Assembly: GCA_963761335.1 (NCBI GenBank)
Contig: CAVXGR010000007.1
Span: 32,001-96,000, forward strand
From: an uncultured delta proteobacterium
Lineage (GTDB): Bacteria > Desulfobacterota > Binatia > HRBIN30 > BPIQ01
Direction of reading: 5' to 3'
DNA length: 64,000 nt
How positions within the stretch are numbered: the first letter of the stretch is position 1; each line of letters opens with the position of its first letter. Position numbers and translations under genes: made by a program. A model generated the notes under the pieces. It saw only the letters and a program-made list of their open reading frames with translations. It was not told where the DNA came from and did not search any database. Positions 1-10,198 of the stretch are shown here, one piece after another.

Positions 1-2
1 CC

Positions 3-1139
3 GGTCCGCAACCACCCGTGGCGGGAACCAACGGCGCCGTACAGTTCAACAACGCCTCGGCGCTCGGCGGGGATGCTGCGAGCTTCTTCTGGGACGACAG
101 CAACAAGCGGCTCGGTCTCGGCACGTCGAGCCCGATGGACCGACTCCAAGTGACCGGCAACTTGCGTCTCGATCCGTCCTCCGGCGAGGGGATCATCAAG
201 TTGGGAGACGATCGATTCATCCACAACACCGGCATTGAGAGCTTCTTCGCCGGTGTGCGTGCCGGTACGCTGACCTCTTCGGCGAGCGGCAATACGGGCG
301 TCGGTTCGCGTGTCTTGGAAGTTTTGAGCACGGGTAGCGCAAACACCGGCATTGGCGCCGACGCGCTGCAGGAGAACTCGACAGGAGAGAGCAACACGGC
401 ACTCGGAAACGGAGCCCTCAAGATCAACCAGGGATCCTTCAACACGGCGGTGGGGAGCTCTGCACTGCCGAGCAACACCAGCGGCAACAGCAACATCGCC
501 GTCGGCTACGCGGCGCTGTACACCAACACCGACGGCATCGGCAACATCGCCATCGGATACGACGCCGACGTCGGCTCAGGCATCGTGAACAACGCCACCG
601 TCATCGGCAACCAAGCTACCGTGACCTCGAGCAACGCGATGGTGTTCGGCAACTCGAGCGTCACCAAGTGGGGCTTCGGGACGACACCCGGCAGTCCCAA
701 CATCCTGCAGTTCAACAGCTCCGTCACGACGGCACGGTTGACCAGCGGCGGGGTGTGGACCAACGCCTCGGACCGCAGCCTGAAGGAGAACTTCACTCCC
801 GTGGACGGGAGAGACGTCCTCGACCGGCTCTCGACGCTTCCCATCTCGAGGTGGAACTACAAGAGCGAGAGCTCCGACATTCAGCATATCGGTCCGACGG
901 CGCAGGACTTCTACCAGCGCTTCGCCCTGGGCGGAGACGACAAGACGATCTCCACCATTGATCCGTCGGGAGTCGCCCTTGTCGCCATCCAGCAGCTCAA
1001 GAAGGAAAACGACACGCTTCGTGCCGAGATGGAGCTTCTGAAGATGCAAGTGTCTGATCTCTCGGCGGCCGTGGGAAAATTGCAGGATCGGACGATGCTG
1101 CAAGCGGCTCGAGCGACCAGCGACCTGCCCGCAGAGTGA
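3..1139 (+). CDS. Trimeric fibre/adhesin-like protein with C-terminal Peptidase_S74 intramolecular chaperone domain (5'-truncated by window edge)
   Basis: Repeated N-T-[AG]-[VIL]-G-x-x-A-L units; autocleavage motif SDRSLKENF...W-N-Y-K, HIGPTAQDF and terminal coiled coil; frame is open to the window start. Confidence 0.8.
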   Translation, partial: GPQPPVAGTNGAVQFNNASALGGDAASFFWDDSNKRLGLGTSSPMDRLQVTGNLRLDPSSGEGIIKLGDDRFIHNTGIESFFAGVRAGTLTSSASGNTGVGSRVLEVLSTGSANTGIGADALQENSTGESNTALGNGALKINQGSFNTAVGSSALPSNTSGNSNIAVGYAALYTNTDGIGNIAIGYDADVGSGIVNNATVIGNQATVTSSNAMVFGNSSVTKWGFGTTPGSPNILQFNSSVTTARLTSGGVWTNASDRSLKENFTPVDGRDVLDRLSTLPISRWNYKSESSDIQHIGPTAQDFYQRFALGGDDKTISTIDPSGVALVAIQQLKKENDTLRAEMELLKMQVSDLSAAVGKLQDRTMLQAARATSDLPAE

Positions 1140-1639
1140 ACCGGTACAGCGAGTCTGGCGGCCTTCTGCTTCTCGGCGCCGCGCTCGTCTTCAACGCCGC
1201 GCTCCTGGCGCCGGAGTTGCGTATCGGCGGTCTGGCGTGGAACGACACGACCTTCCACATCGCCGCCTCGGAGCGTCTGGTCGAAAGCGTGGCCCGCGGC
1301 CGGCCCGTCTCATTGCGATCGGCGCGGCAGGAGTTCCACGTCTTCGCGGCGGCCCCGACTGTCGTCGAGGCCGCGACGTTCCACTATCCGGGGTGGAGGG
1401 TGCTCGTCGACGGAAGGGCTACCGCCGTCGTGCCGACCGCCGATCGGGGCACGATCTCGTTCCATCTGTCTCCCGGCGCCCACCGCATCGTCCTCGATCT
1501 CGGGCCGACACCGCTGCGCCACGGTGCCAGGCTGGCGAGCGCGATCATTGCCGCGCTGCTCCTCTGCATCGCGGCCCTTTGTGTTTGCGGTAAGCGGGCG
1601 GATATCTCAGAAGAGAGAAAGAAGGACGCGGAGCGCTGA
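1136..1639 (+). CDS. Short YfhO/GT-C-like membrane protein, possibly an internally deleted remnant
   Basis: N-terminal TM followed by NDTTFH; C-terminal FHYPGWRVLVDG...PGAHRIVL plus TM, typical of YfhO-like C-termini; only 167 aa. Confidence 0.45.
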   Translation: MNRYSESGGLLLLGAALVFNAALLAPELRIGGLAWNDTTFHIAASERLVESVARGRPVSLRSARQEFHVFAAAPTVVEAATFHYPGWRVLVDGRATAVVPTADRGTISFHLSPGAHRIVLDLGPTPLRHGARLASAIIAALLLCIAALCVCGKRADISEERKKDAER

Positions 1640-3061
1640 GTGACGGAGCAAAGCACGATCATCGCCGGTGCCGGGCCCAACGGCCTGTCCGCGGCCGTGG
1701 CCCTGGCGGGGGCCGGGCACCGCGTCGAGCTGTACGAAGCGGCGGATCACATCGGCGGCGGCACGCGAACCGAGGCGCTGACGCTTCCGGGTTTTCGCCA
1801 CGACGTCTGCTCGGCGGTTCACCCGATGGCGGCTGCATCTCCGTTCTTTCGCACGCTGCCGCTCGCCGAGCACGGGCTCGAATGGATTCATCCGCCGACT
1901 CTCATGGCGCACCCCTTCGACGACGGTACGGCCGCCGTCCTCGAGCGCTCGACGGCCGCCACCGCCGACAGCCTCGGCGGTAAGGACGCGGCTGCATACC
2001 GGCGGCTGATCGAGCCGTTCGCGCGCCACTGGGAGAAGGTGATCGGCGAGGCGCTATCTCCGCCCTTTCACCTCATCCGGCATCCGCTGCTGATGGCCCG
2101 GCTCGGACTTCTCGGCCTGCCGCCGGCGGCCACCCTGGCTCGCCTCTGCTTTCGCTCGGACCGGGCGCGGGCCTTCTTGCTCGGCATCGCCAGCCACGTT
2201 CTGTTGCCCATGGAGCGCTCTCCTTCCGCGGCCTTCGGCATCATGCTCGCGGTGGCGGGTCACGGCGCCGGCTGGCCGATCCCGCGCGGCGGCTCACAGG
2301 CGATTGCCGACGCCCTGGCAGGAGTGCTGCGCACGCGCGGCGGCCAGATCCGCACCGGCGAGCCGATTCGGGATCTGACACTGCTCGACGAGGCGCGCGC
2401 CATGCTCCTCGACCTGACGCCGAGGCAGGTCCTGGCGATCGGCGGAGACCGGTTGCCGGAGCGCTATCGCAAACAGCTCTCCGCCTATCGCTATGCGCCC
2501 GGCGTGTTCAAGATCGACTGGGCACTGCGCGAGCCGATTCCCTGGGCGGCCTCCGAGTGCCGGCGCGCCGGAACGATCCACCTCGGCGCCAGCAGCGCCG
2601 AGACCGCCGCGTCGGCGCGCGCCGCGTGGTACGGCCGGCCGGACGAGCGCCCCTACATCATTCTGGCGCAGCCGTCGCTCTTCGATTCGACACGCGCCCC
2701 GGAGGGGAGGCACACCGCCTGGGCATACTGCCACGTTCCCCACGGCTCGACGGAAGACCGGACAGCGGCGATCGAGCGCCAGGTGGAGCGCTTCGCTCCC
2801 GGCTTCCGCGAGGTCATCCTCGCCCGCCACACGTTCAACACCAAGGAGCTCGAGGCGCACAACCCCAACCTGGTCGGCGGCGACATCAACGGCGGCGTGC
2901 AGGACCTGCGGCAGTTCTTCTTCCGCCCCGTGCCGGCACTCGATCCCTACGCCACGCCGGTCAAAGGCCTCTTCCTCTGCTCCGCCTCCACTCCCCCCGG
3001 CGGCGCGGTTCACGGCATGTGCGGCTTCAACGCCGCGCAGTCGGTGCTGCGGCGGTCGTGA
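1640..3061 (+). CDS. Phytoene dehydrogenase-like NAD(P)/FAD-dependent oxidoreductase (COG1233 type)
   Basis: GAGPNGL Rossmann motif, HDVCSAVHP, C-terminal STPPGGAVHGMCG. Confidence 0.9.
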   Translation: MTEQSTIIAGAGPNGLSAAVALAGAGHRVELYEAADHIGGGTRTEALTLPGFRHDVCSAVHPMAAASPFFRTLPLAEHGLEWIHPPTLMAHPFDDGTAAVLERSTAATADSLGGKDAAAYRRLIEPFARHWEKVIGEALSPPFHLIRHPLLMARLGLLGLPPAATLARLCFRSDRARAFLLGIASHVLLPMERSPSAAFGIMLAVAGHGAGWPIPRGGSQAIADALAGVLRTRGGQIRTGEPIRDLTLLDEARAMLLDLTPRQVLAIGGDRLPERYRKQLSAYRYAPGVFKIDWALREPIPWAASECRRAGTIHLGASSAETAASARAAWYGRPDERPYIILAQPSLFDSTRAPEGRHTAWAYCHVPHGSTEDRTAAIERQVERFAPGFREVILARHTFNTKELEAHNPNLVGGDINGGVQDLRQFFFRPVPALDPYATPVKGLFLCSASTPPGGAVHGMCGFNAAQSVLRRS

Positions 3062-3146
3062 GATCGGGACGTCGAGGCTCGACAGGAGAACCCGGCCAGC
3101 GGCGACACCAGGTCGGGGGAGCCAAAGAACTACAAGTTCCGCTCCT

Positions 3147-3292
3147 CATTCTCCATTCTCATTCCCGGTTCTCAGCCCGTCGTTTTCCATTCGCTCTGAC
3201 AGCCGCGAGTAACCTATGCAGCTGGCTCCTACTCAGCTCTCGGAACAATGGAAAACGACGGGATGAGAACCGGGAATGACGAATGGAGAACG
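3147..3292. repeat. Repeat family A, inverted pair (core CTCATTCCCGGTTCTCATCCCGTCGTTTTCCATT)
   Basis: Copies on + at about 3158 and on - at about 3247-3290; further copies at 19327, 28296 and 28381. Confidence 0.85.
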
Positions 3293-3791
3293 CCAGAATT
3301 GCGATCCAGGTCCCTGTAGCGAGACCCTGTTCCGCCGCCGGCTCTCGCCAGGTGCGTCCCTGCGGGTCGGGGTCGCGGCGTTCCATCCAGCGCTGCGGGT
3401 GTGCAGGCGCGGCGAAGCCGTAGCGCGCGTAGAGACCGTGCGCGTCGGCGGTGCCCAGGGTCCAGAGCCGGAACCCCTGGAGATCGGGGTGGGCCATGAT
3501 CCGCTCCATCATGCGCTTGCCGAGTCCTTGGCCGCGGTGCTCGGGGAGGACGAATACATCCATGACGTGACCGTAGGTGGCGTAGTCCGTGACCACGCGC
3601 GCAAACCCCACCAATCGCCCCTGGTGCAGGACGCCGAGGCAGAAGGAGTTGCGCACACACGCGGCGACCACCTGGCGCCGCACTCCCCGAGCCCAGTACG
3701 ACTCCTTCGAGAGGAAGCGATAGATCGCCTCGACGTCGAGGGCGTCGCGGTCGGTGGTGAAGAGGTATTCGCCGGGGCCGGTGTCGTCCAT
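3159..3791 (-). CDS. GNAT family N-acetyltransferase
   Basis: LVGFARVVTD, DVFVLPEHRGQGLGK acetyl-CoA motif, LGTADAHGLYARYGF; C-terminus runs into repeat family A. Confidence 0.88.
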   Translation of the reverse strand: MDDTGPGEYLFTTDRDALDVEAIYRFLSKESYWARGVRRQVVAACVRNSFCLGVLHQGRLVGFARVVTDYATYGHVMDVFVLPEHRGQGLGKRMMERIMAHPDLQGFRLWTLGTADAHGLYARYGFAAPAHPQRWMERRDPDPQGRTWREPAAEQGLATGTWIAILAFSIRHSRFSSRRFPLFRELSRSQLHRLLAAVRANGKRRAENRE

Positions 3792-3907
3792 GGGCCGCTT
3801 ATGCCTTTGCGCAGCCGAGCGGGGCAAGCTCGAGGCGGGGCGCGGCTACACGCCCGCGCCCCTGACGGGCGCGTTGTGAGAGACCGCGTATCTTCCCCGG
3901 GTGTCGA

Positions 3908-4025
3908 AACCGTCTCGAAACCCGGGCAAAACGATTCCGCCGGCCCGCGGGCCAAGGTGGAAGCGGCGTCTCGCCGCTTCGGAAAGCGCCGGGACGGCGC
4001 TTCTACTCCGCTTTTGAGACAGCCT
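3908..4025. repeat. Repeat family B: REP doublet GT(G/A)GAAGCGGCGTCTCGCCGCTTC...GGGACGGCGCTTCTAC inside imperfect terminal inverted repeats (AGGCTGTCTCAAAA)
   Basis: Palindromic hairpin preceded by GTGG/GTAG; copies at about 26350-26426 and 40800-40889. Confidence 0.8.
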
Positions 4026-4047
4026 CTTTCACCCGAGGCTGCACGCC

Positions 4048-4193
4048 TGCGCCCCTAACGGGGCGCGATATGGGAACCCGCCTATTTTCCCCGGGTTGCA
4101 CCCGGGGCTACACGCCGGCGCCCCTGACGGGGCGATCTTCCTCGACACGCGGGGCGATCTTCCTCGACAAGACGGGGCGGATTTCCTCGCGCA
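4048..4193. repeat. Repeat family C (CCCCGGGTTTCACCCGGGGCTAC; CGCCCC-N4-GGGGCG hairpins) followed by a ~22-bp tandem CGGGGCGATCTTCCTCGACA x3 (third degenerate)
   Basis: Hairpins also seen at 40566-40611 and 51002-51282; tandem units start at 4128, 4150 and 4173. Confidence 0.75.
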
Positions 4194-4225
4194 AAACGTC
4201 CAAGCTCCAGGGCGGGACGGCGCGT

Positions 4226-5235
<1,010 letters not shown>

Positions 5236-5239
<4 letters not shown>

Positions 5240-6612
5240 GAGGCCTCCTCCCCGGCGGGCGCGGCGACCGCCGCCGGCGCCGGCCGCGCCGCGTTCAGCG
5301 CCTCGACCAGGTACGGCAGCGACTCGTCGGCCAGCGACAGGGTCGGGTCGAGGCGTTTCCCCAAACCCTCCGCGGTCATCAGCGCCAGATTCACCATCGT
5401 CATGTGACTGCGCGCCTGGATGTGATGCCGGCGCAGGATGTCGAACAGGCGGCCGATCTCGAGGGTGATCTGCAGGTTGCCGAGCCCGCGCCGGACGACA
5501 TCGGCGACGGCGGCGCAGACCTCGGCCTCGTAGGCCGCGTAGTCGCGGGTCGTGGCGTGCGGCGAGTTCTCGTGGAAGAGCCGGGCCACGGTCACGCCGT
5601 CGCCGGTCGCGAAGGCGTGCAGCAGCTGCGCGAAGCCCACCCGGTCGCCCTCCTCGATGACGCCGACCAGCCCCAGATCGAGCAGCACGACGTGCCCGGG
5701 CGGCAGGAAGCGCAGGTTGCCGGGGTGCAGGTCGGCGTGCACGAAGCCGTGCAGGAAGATCATGCGGCAGACGCAGCGCAGCCCGGCCGAGACCACGCGC
5801 CGAAGGTCGATGCCGGCCGCTTCCAGATCCTCCTCGCGCACGCCGTCGACGAACTCCATGGTCAGCACCGCGTCGGAGCACGCCTCCGGCACCAGCCGCG
5901 GAAAGAGGATGTCGGGATCGCCGGCGAAGTTCGCCGCGAAGCGGCGGTTGTGGCGCGCCTCGCCGGCGAGATGGATCTGCTGCTCGACGGCGTCGCAGAA
6001 ATTGCGCATGGCGTCCTCCAGCGAGATCAGCCGCAGCGAGGGGAGCAGGCGCTCCAGAATGCGACAGACGAAGAGCAGGATGGAGCGGTCGAGGCGAATC
6101 TTGTCGAGGATGTCGGGGCGGCGGACCTTGACGGCGACGGTGGCGCCGCTGGCGCGCAGCACGGCGCGGTGCACCTGGGCGACCGAGGCGGCGGCGACCG
6201 GCGCGGGCTCGAAGCGGTCGAAGATCGACTCGAGCGGCTGCCCGAGCTCCGTCTCGATGGTGTGCCGCACCGTAGCGAAGGGAAACGGCGGCACCTGGTC
6301 GCGCAGCTTGGAGAGCTCCTCGACGAGCGGCTGCGGCAACAGGTCGCCGCGCGTCGAGGCGATCTGACCGACCTTGATGAAGGTCGCCCCGAGTGAGGTG
6401 CACAGGCGCACCAGAGCCCGGCCCAGGGCATGCGGCACCGCCTCGCGCAGCGGGCGCCCCACGGCGGAGACGAGATAGGCGGCGAAGGCCACCGCCGCCG
6501 CCGCCGATGCCGAGAGCATCTGGGCGCTGCGCAGGGCGATGCGCCAGGCGTGCACCGCGGCGCCGTCGGAGCTCCTGTCAACCTGCATCGTCTCGGTCTC
6601 GTTGCGGATCAT
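5236..6612 (-). CDS. ABC1/AarF/UbiB family atypical kinase (start uncertain, 6588-6648)
   Basis: [38 protein letters not shown]. Confidence 0.92.
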
Positions 6613-6767
6613 CGAAGTCGGGAGTCGGATCCTCGGGGAGTGAATCATCTGCGTGAATCACTGTCCATCGGCAGCGGGCCAGAGGCCCGGCGTCCGCCCC
6701 CGGATATCCGCGCAGCGGGTTTTGTCCAACTGTTTCCGCATCCGGCGCGGATTGTTATGATCGACCG

Positions 6768-7433
6768 ATGGACGCCACCGAGCAGGCTCTTGAGTTCGTC
6801 CGCGACGGCCACGTCGTCGGCCTGGGAACCGGCCGCGCCGCCTCCGCATTCGTCGAGGCGCTCGGCGAGCGGGTGCGCCGCGGCTTGCGCATCCGCGGGG
6901 TGCCGACATCCACGGTCACGGCCGAGCTGGCAACGCGGCTGGGGATTCCGCTCACCAGCCTCTCCGAGGTCGACGGCATCGACGTGACCGTCGACGGCGC
7001 CGATGAGGTCGATCCCCAGCTCGACCTCATCAAGGGGTACGGCGGCGCCCTCCTGCGCGAGAAGATCGTCGCCGCCTCGTCGAAGCGGCTGGTGATCCTG
7101 GTCGGGGTCGAGAAGCTGGTGCCGGTGCTGGGGACGCGGGGCGTGCTGCCGGTCGAGGTGGTGCCCTTCGGCCTGTCGCTGTGCACGCGGCGACTGCAAG
7201 AGCTCGGCCTTCGCCCGGAGCCGCGACGGCGCGACGGCGAGCTGTACCTGACCGACAACGGCAACCATATCCTCAACTGCGGCGTCTCGCCCATCAACAA
7301 CCCAGGCGAGGCCGAGCAGGCGATCCGCGCCATCCCCGGCGTGGTCGGTACCGGGCTCTTCGTCGGTATGGCGAATACCGTCCTGATTCAGGACGGCAAC
7401 ACGGTGGAGCGTCGGCAGCGCGGCATCGAGTGA
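6768..7433 (+). CDS. rpiA: Ribose-5-phosphate isomerase A
   Basis: GLGTG, DGADEVD, IKGYGGALLREKIVA, TDNGN. Confidence 0.96.
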   Translation: MDATEQALEFVRDGHVVGLGTGRAASAFVEALGERVRRGLRIRGVPTSTVTAELATRLGIPLTSLSEVDGIDVTVDGADEVDPQLDLIKGYGGALLREKIVAASSKRLVILVGVEKLVPVLGTRGVLPVEVVPFGLSLCTRRLQELGLRPEPRRRDGELYLTDNGNHILNCGVSPINNPGEAEQAIRAIPGVVGTGLFVGMANTVLIQDGNTVERRQRGIE

Positions 7434-7460
7434 GAAGCCCACAAACCCCAGGAGCATTTC

Positions 7461-9002
7461 ATGCGCGACATGTCTTCGCAGAATCCGCTCACTGTGGGGT
7501 TGAGCAGGACAGCGCTGCCCCAACCCTGCACCCTGGTCATCTTCGGCGCCAGCGGTGACCTGGCGCGGCGCAAGCTACTGCCGGCCATCTACAACCTGGC
7601 GCTGGACGGCGTGCTACCAGCGAACATCGCCGTAGTGGGATTCTCGCGCACCGAGTACGACGACCAGCAGTTCCGCGGCCTGGCGCAGGAGTCGATCGAG
7701 AAGTACTCGCGGCGCCCCCTCGACGCCGAGCACTGGCCGGACGTCGAGCGCTCGATCTTCTACGTCCCCGGATCCCCCAACGACCCCGAGTCCTACCGGC
7801 GTCTCGAGCAGCGCCTGGGCGAGATCGATGCGGCCCGCGGCATCCCCGGCAACCGCATCTTCTACCTGTCGGTGCCGCCCAGCGTCTTCGACGGCGCCAT
7901 CGGCCACCTGCACGACTCGGGAATGGTGCGGCCGCCGGACGAGGCTCCCTTCTCGCGCATCATCATCGAGAAGCCGATCGGCTACGACCTGGAGAGCGCC
8001 CGCAAGGTCAACGACACGCTCGCCAGCGCCTTCGACGAGAGCCAGATCTTCCGCATCGATCACTACCTCGGCAAGGAGACGGTGCAGAACATTCTGGTGA
8101 TGCGCTTCGCCAACTCGATCTTCGAGCCGCTGTGGAACCACAAGTACGTCGACCACGTGCAGATCACCGTCGCCGAGGAGGAGGGCGTCGGCAGCCGCGC
8201 CCATTACTACGACGGCGCCGGGGCGCTGCGCGACATGGTGCAGAACCACATCCTCCAGCTGGTCTGCATGACGGCAATGGAGCCGCCCTGGGAGATGCAG
8301 GCCGACGTCGTCCGCGACCACAAGCTCGAGGTGCTGCAATGCCTCCGCCCCATCGCCGGCGAAGACGTCGGGCGCAACGTCGTGCGCGCCCAGTACGTCG
8401 CCGGCGTCCACCGCGGCATCGAGGCCTCCGGCTACCGCCAGGAGAAGGACGTGAACCCGCAGTCGACCACGGAGACCTACGTCGCCCTGCGGCTCTTCAT
8501 CGACAACTGGCGCTGGGCGGGGGTGCCCTTCTTCCTGCGCACCGGCAAGCGCCTGCCGAAGCGCGCCAGCGAGATCGCCGTGCAGTTCAAGGACGTGCCG
8601 CCGATTCTCTTCAACAACGACCCGGCGGCGCCGCTGGAGGCCAACGTGCTGGCGCTGCGCATCCAGCCGGACGAGGGTCTGTCGCTGCGCATCTCCACCA
8701 AGCTGCCCGGCCAGCGCGTGCGCATCTACCCGGTCAAGATGGACTTCCGCTACGGCTCGACCTTTGGGGACACCAGCCCGGAGGCCTACGAGCGCCTGCT
8801 GCTCGACGTCATGGCCGGCGACGCGACGCTGTTCATGCGACGCGATGCGGTGGAGACCTCGTGGAAATGGGTCACCGACGTCCTCGAGGCCTGGAAGCGC
8901 GCCTCGGTCAGTGAGCTGCCGCAGTACCCCGCCGGCACCTGGGGTCCGGAGCAAGCCAATCGGCTGATCGGCGATTGCGGGCGCCAGTGGAGGACGCTGT
9001 GA
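7461..9002 (+). CDS. zwf: Glucose-6-phosphate 1-dehydrogenase
   Basis: GASGDLA, RIDHYLGKE, RDMVQNH, RTGKRL. Confidence 0.97.
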   Translation: MRDMSSQNPLTVGLSRTALPQPCTLVIFGASGDLARRKLLPAIYNLALDGVLPANIAVVGFSRTEYDDQQFRGLAQESIEKYSRRPLDAEHWPDVERSIFYVPGSPNDPESYRRLEQRLGEIDAARGIPGNRIFYLSVPPSVFDGAIGHLHDSGMVRPPDEAPFSRIIIEKPIGYDLESARKVNDTLASAFDESQIFRIDHYLGKETVQNILVMRFANSIFEPLWNHKYVDHVQITVAEEEGVGSRAHYYDGAGALRDMVQNHILQLVCMTAMEPPWEMQADVVRDHKLEVLQCLRPIAGEDVGRNVVRAQYVAGVHRGIEASGYRQEKDVNPQSTTETYVALRLFIDNWRWAGVPFFLRTGKRLPKRASEIAVQFKDVPPILFNNDPAAPLEANVLALRIQPDEGLSLRISTKLPGQRVRIYPVKMDFRYGSTFGDTSPEAYERLLLDVMAGDATLFMRRDAVETSWKWVTDVLEAWKRASVSELPQYPAGTWGPEQANRLIGDCGRQWRTL

Positions 9003-10116
9003 GCCCCGCGGGCAGGGCGGAGCCGGCGCGCTCGGAGCCGCGGCCGGTGGACATCGACGCCATCGAGCGAGAGCTCGAGCAGCTCTTTCGCGAGCGCTCG
9101 GAGGACACGGCGAACAGGTGCCCCTGACCCGGGCGCGAATGTCCAACCTGCTGGTCTTCACCTCCTCTGCCGAGCAGGCGGAGCACCTCCCCGATGACAT
9201 CGCCGAGATCGTCCGCCTGCATCCGTCGCGCGTTCTGCTGCTCGTCGGCGACGCCCAGCAGCCACAGCCGGAGATCGAGGCCTTCGTCTCGGCGCAGTGC
9301 CACCTCGGCGAGGCGGGGCGCCAGATCTGCTCGGAGCACGTCACCCTGCGCGCCAGCGGCGAGGCGCGGCCGCGGCTGCCGTCGCTGGCGCGCTCGCTGT
9401 TGGTGGGCGAGCTGCCGACGGCCCTGTGGTGGACGCCGGCGGAGCCGCCATCGCAGGCGGGTGAGGTGTTTCGCCAGCTCGCCGACATGGCGGAAGAGAT
9501 CGTCTACGACAGCGCCGCCTGGCTCCAGCCGCAGGGCGGCCTGAGCGACACGGCGGCGTGGGCCCGCGGCGCCGGGGCGCAGAGCGGCATCACCGATCTG
9601 GCCTGGCGCCGGCTCGAGCCCTGGCGTCTGCTCATCAGCCAGTCCCTGGCTCCGTCCGCAAACCCCGGTGCTCTCGACTCCATCACCCAGGTCACGGTCG
9701 AGTACGGCAGAGCCGCCGGCGCCGCAGCCTGGATGCTGGTTGGCTGGCTCGCCAGCCGCCTCGGCTGGCGAGCCACGCGCGGCCGCACCGACGAGAGTGG
9801 TGTCGAGCTGCACTTCCACGCCGGCGAACGCGAGCTGCGCGCCGGCATTCGTCCGGCCGCAGACGGCAAAGACCTCTTCCGCGTCGCCGTCTCCTGGGGT
9901 GCGCCCGGACAGGGCGCGCGCGCCGTCTTCGAGCGCGCCTCAACGGCCCGTCTGTCGGCCACTATCGAGCGCGGCAAAGCGCCGCAGGGCTGTCTCGCCG
10001 CTCCACCCCAATCCGCCGGCACCGTCCTGGCGCAGAGCCTCGCTCTGGGGCAAGACCGGGTCTTTCTCGACGCCCTCCGCGCCGCCGCGCGCGCCATCGG
10101 ACAGATGGGGTGTTGA
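8999..10116 (+). CDS. opcA: G6PDH assembly protein OpcA, frameshifted near 9105-9118
   Basis: GTG at 8999 overlaps the zwf stop and gives VDIDAIERELEQLF then stops; the rest (HPSRVLL, ELPTALWW, DLAWRRLEPWR, GWLASRLGW) is in another frame. Confidence 0.85.
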
Positions 10117-10198
10117 GGAGCGGCGAGGCCGCCCTCTTGCCGCGCGTGCTGCGACCGGCTGGGGATCCGAGATGACGGGCATCGCGGTTGAGTGAAGG

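Noticed and set aside
3..1139. Prophage
   Set aside because: No other phage genes in the window.
4128..4193. Possible mini-CRISPR or iterons
   Set aside because: Adjacent ~22-bp units without spacers, third unit degenerate, no rep gene.
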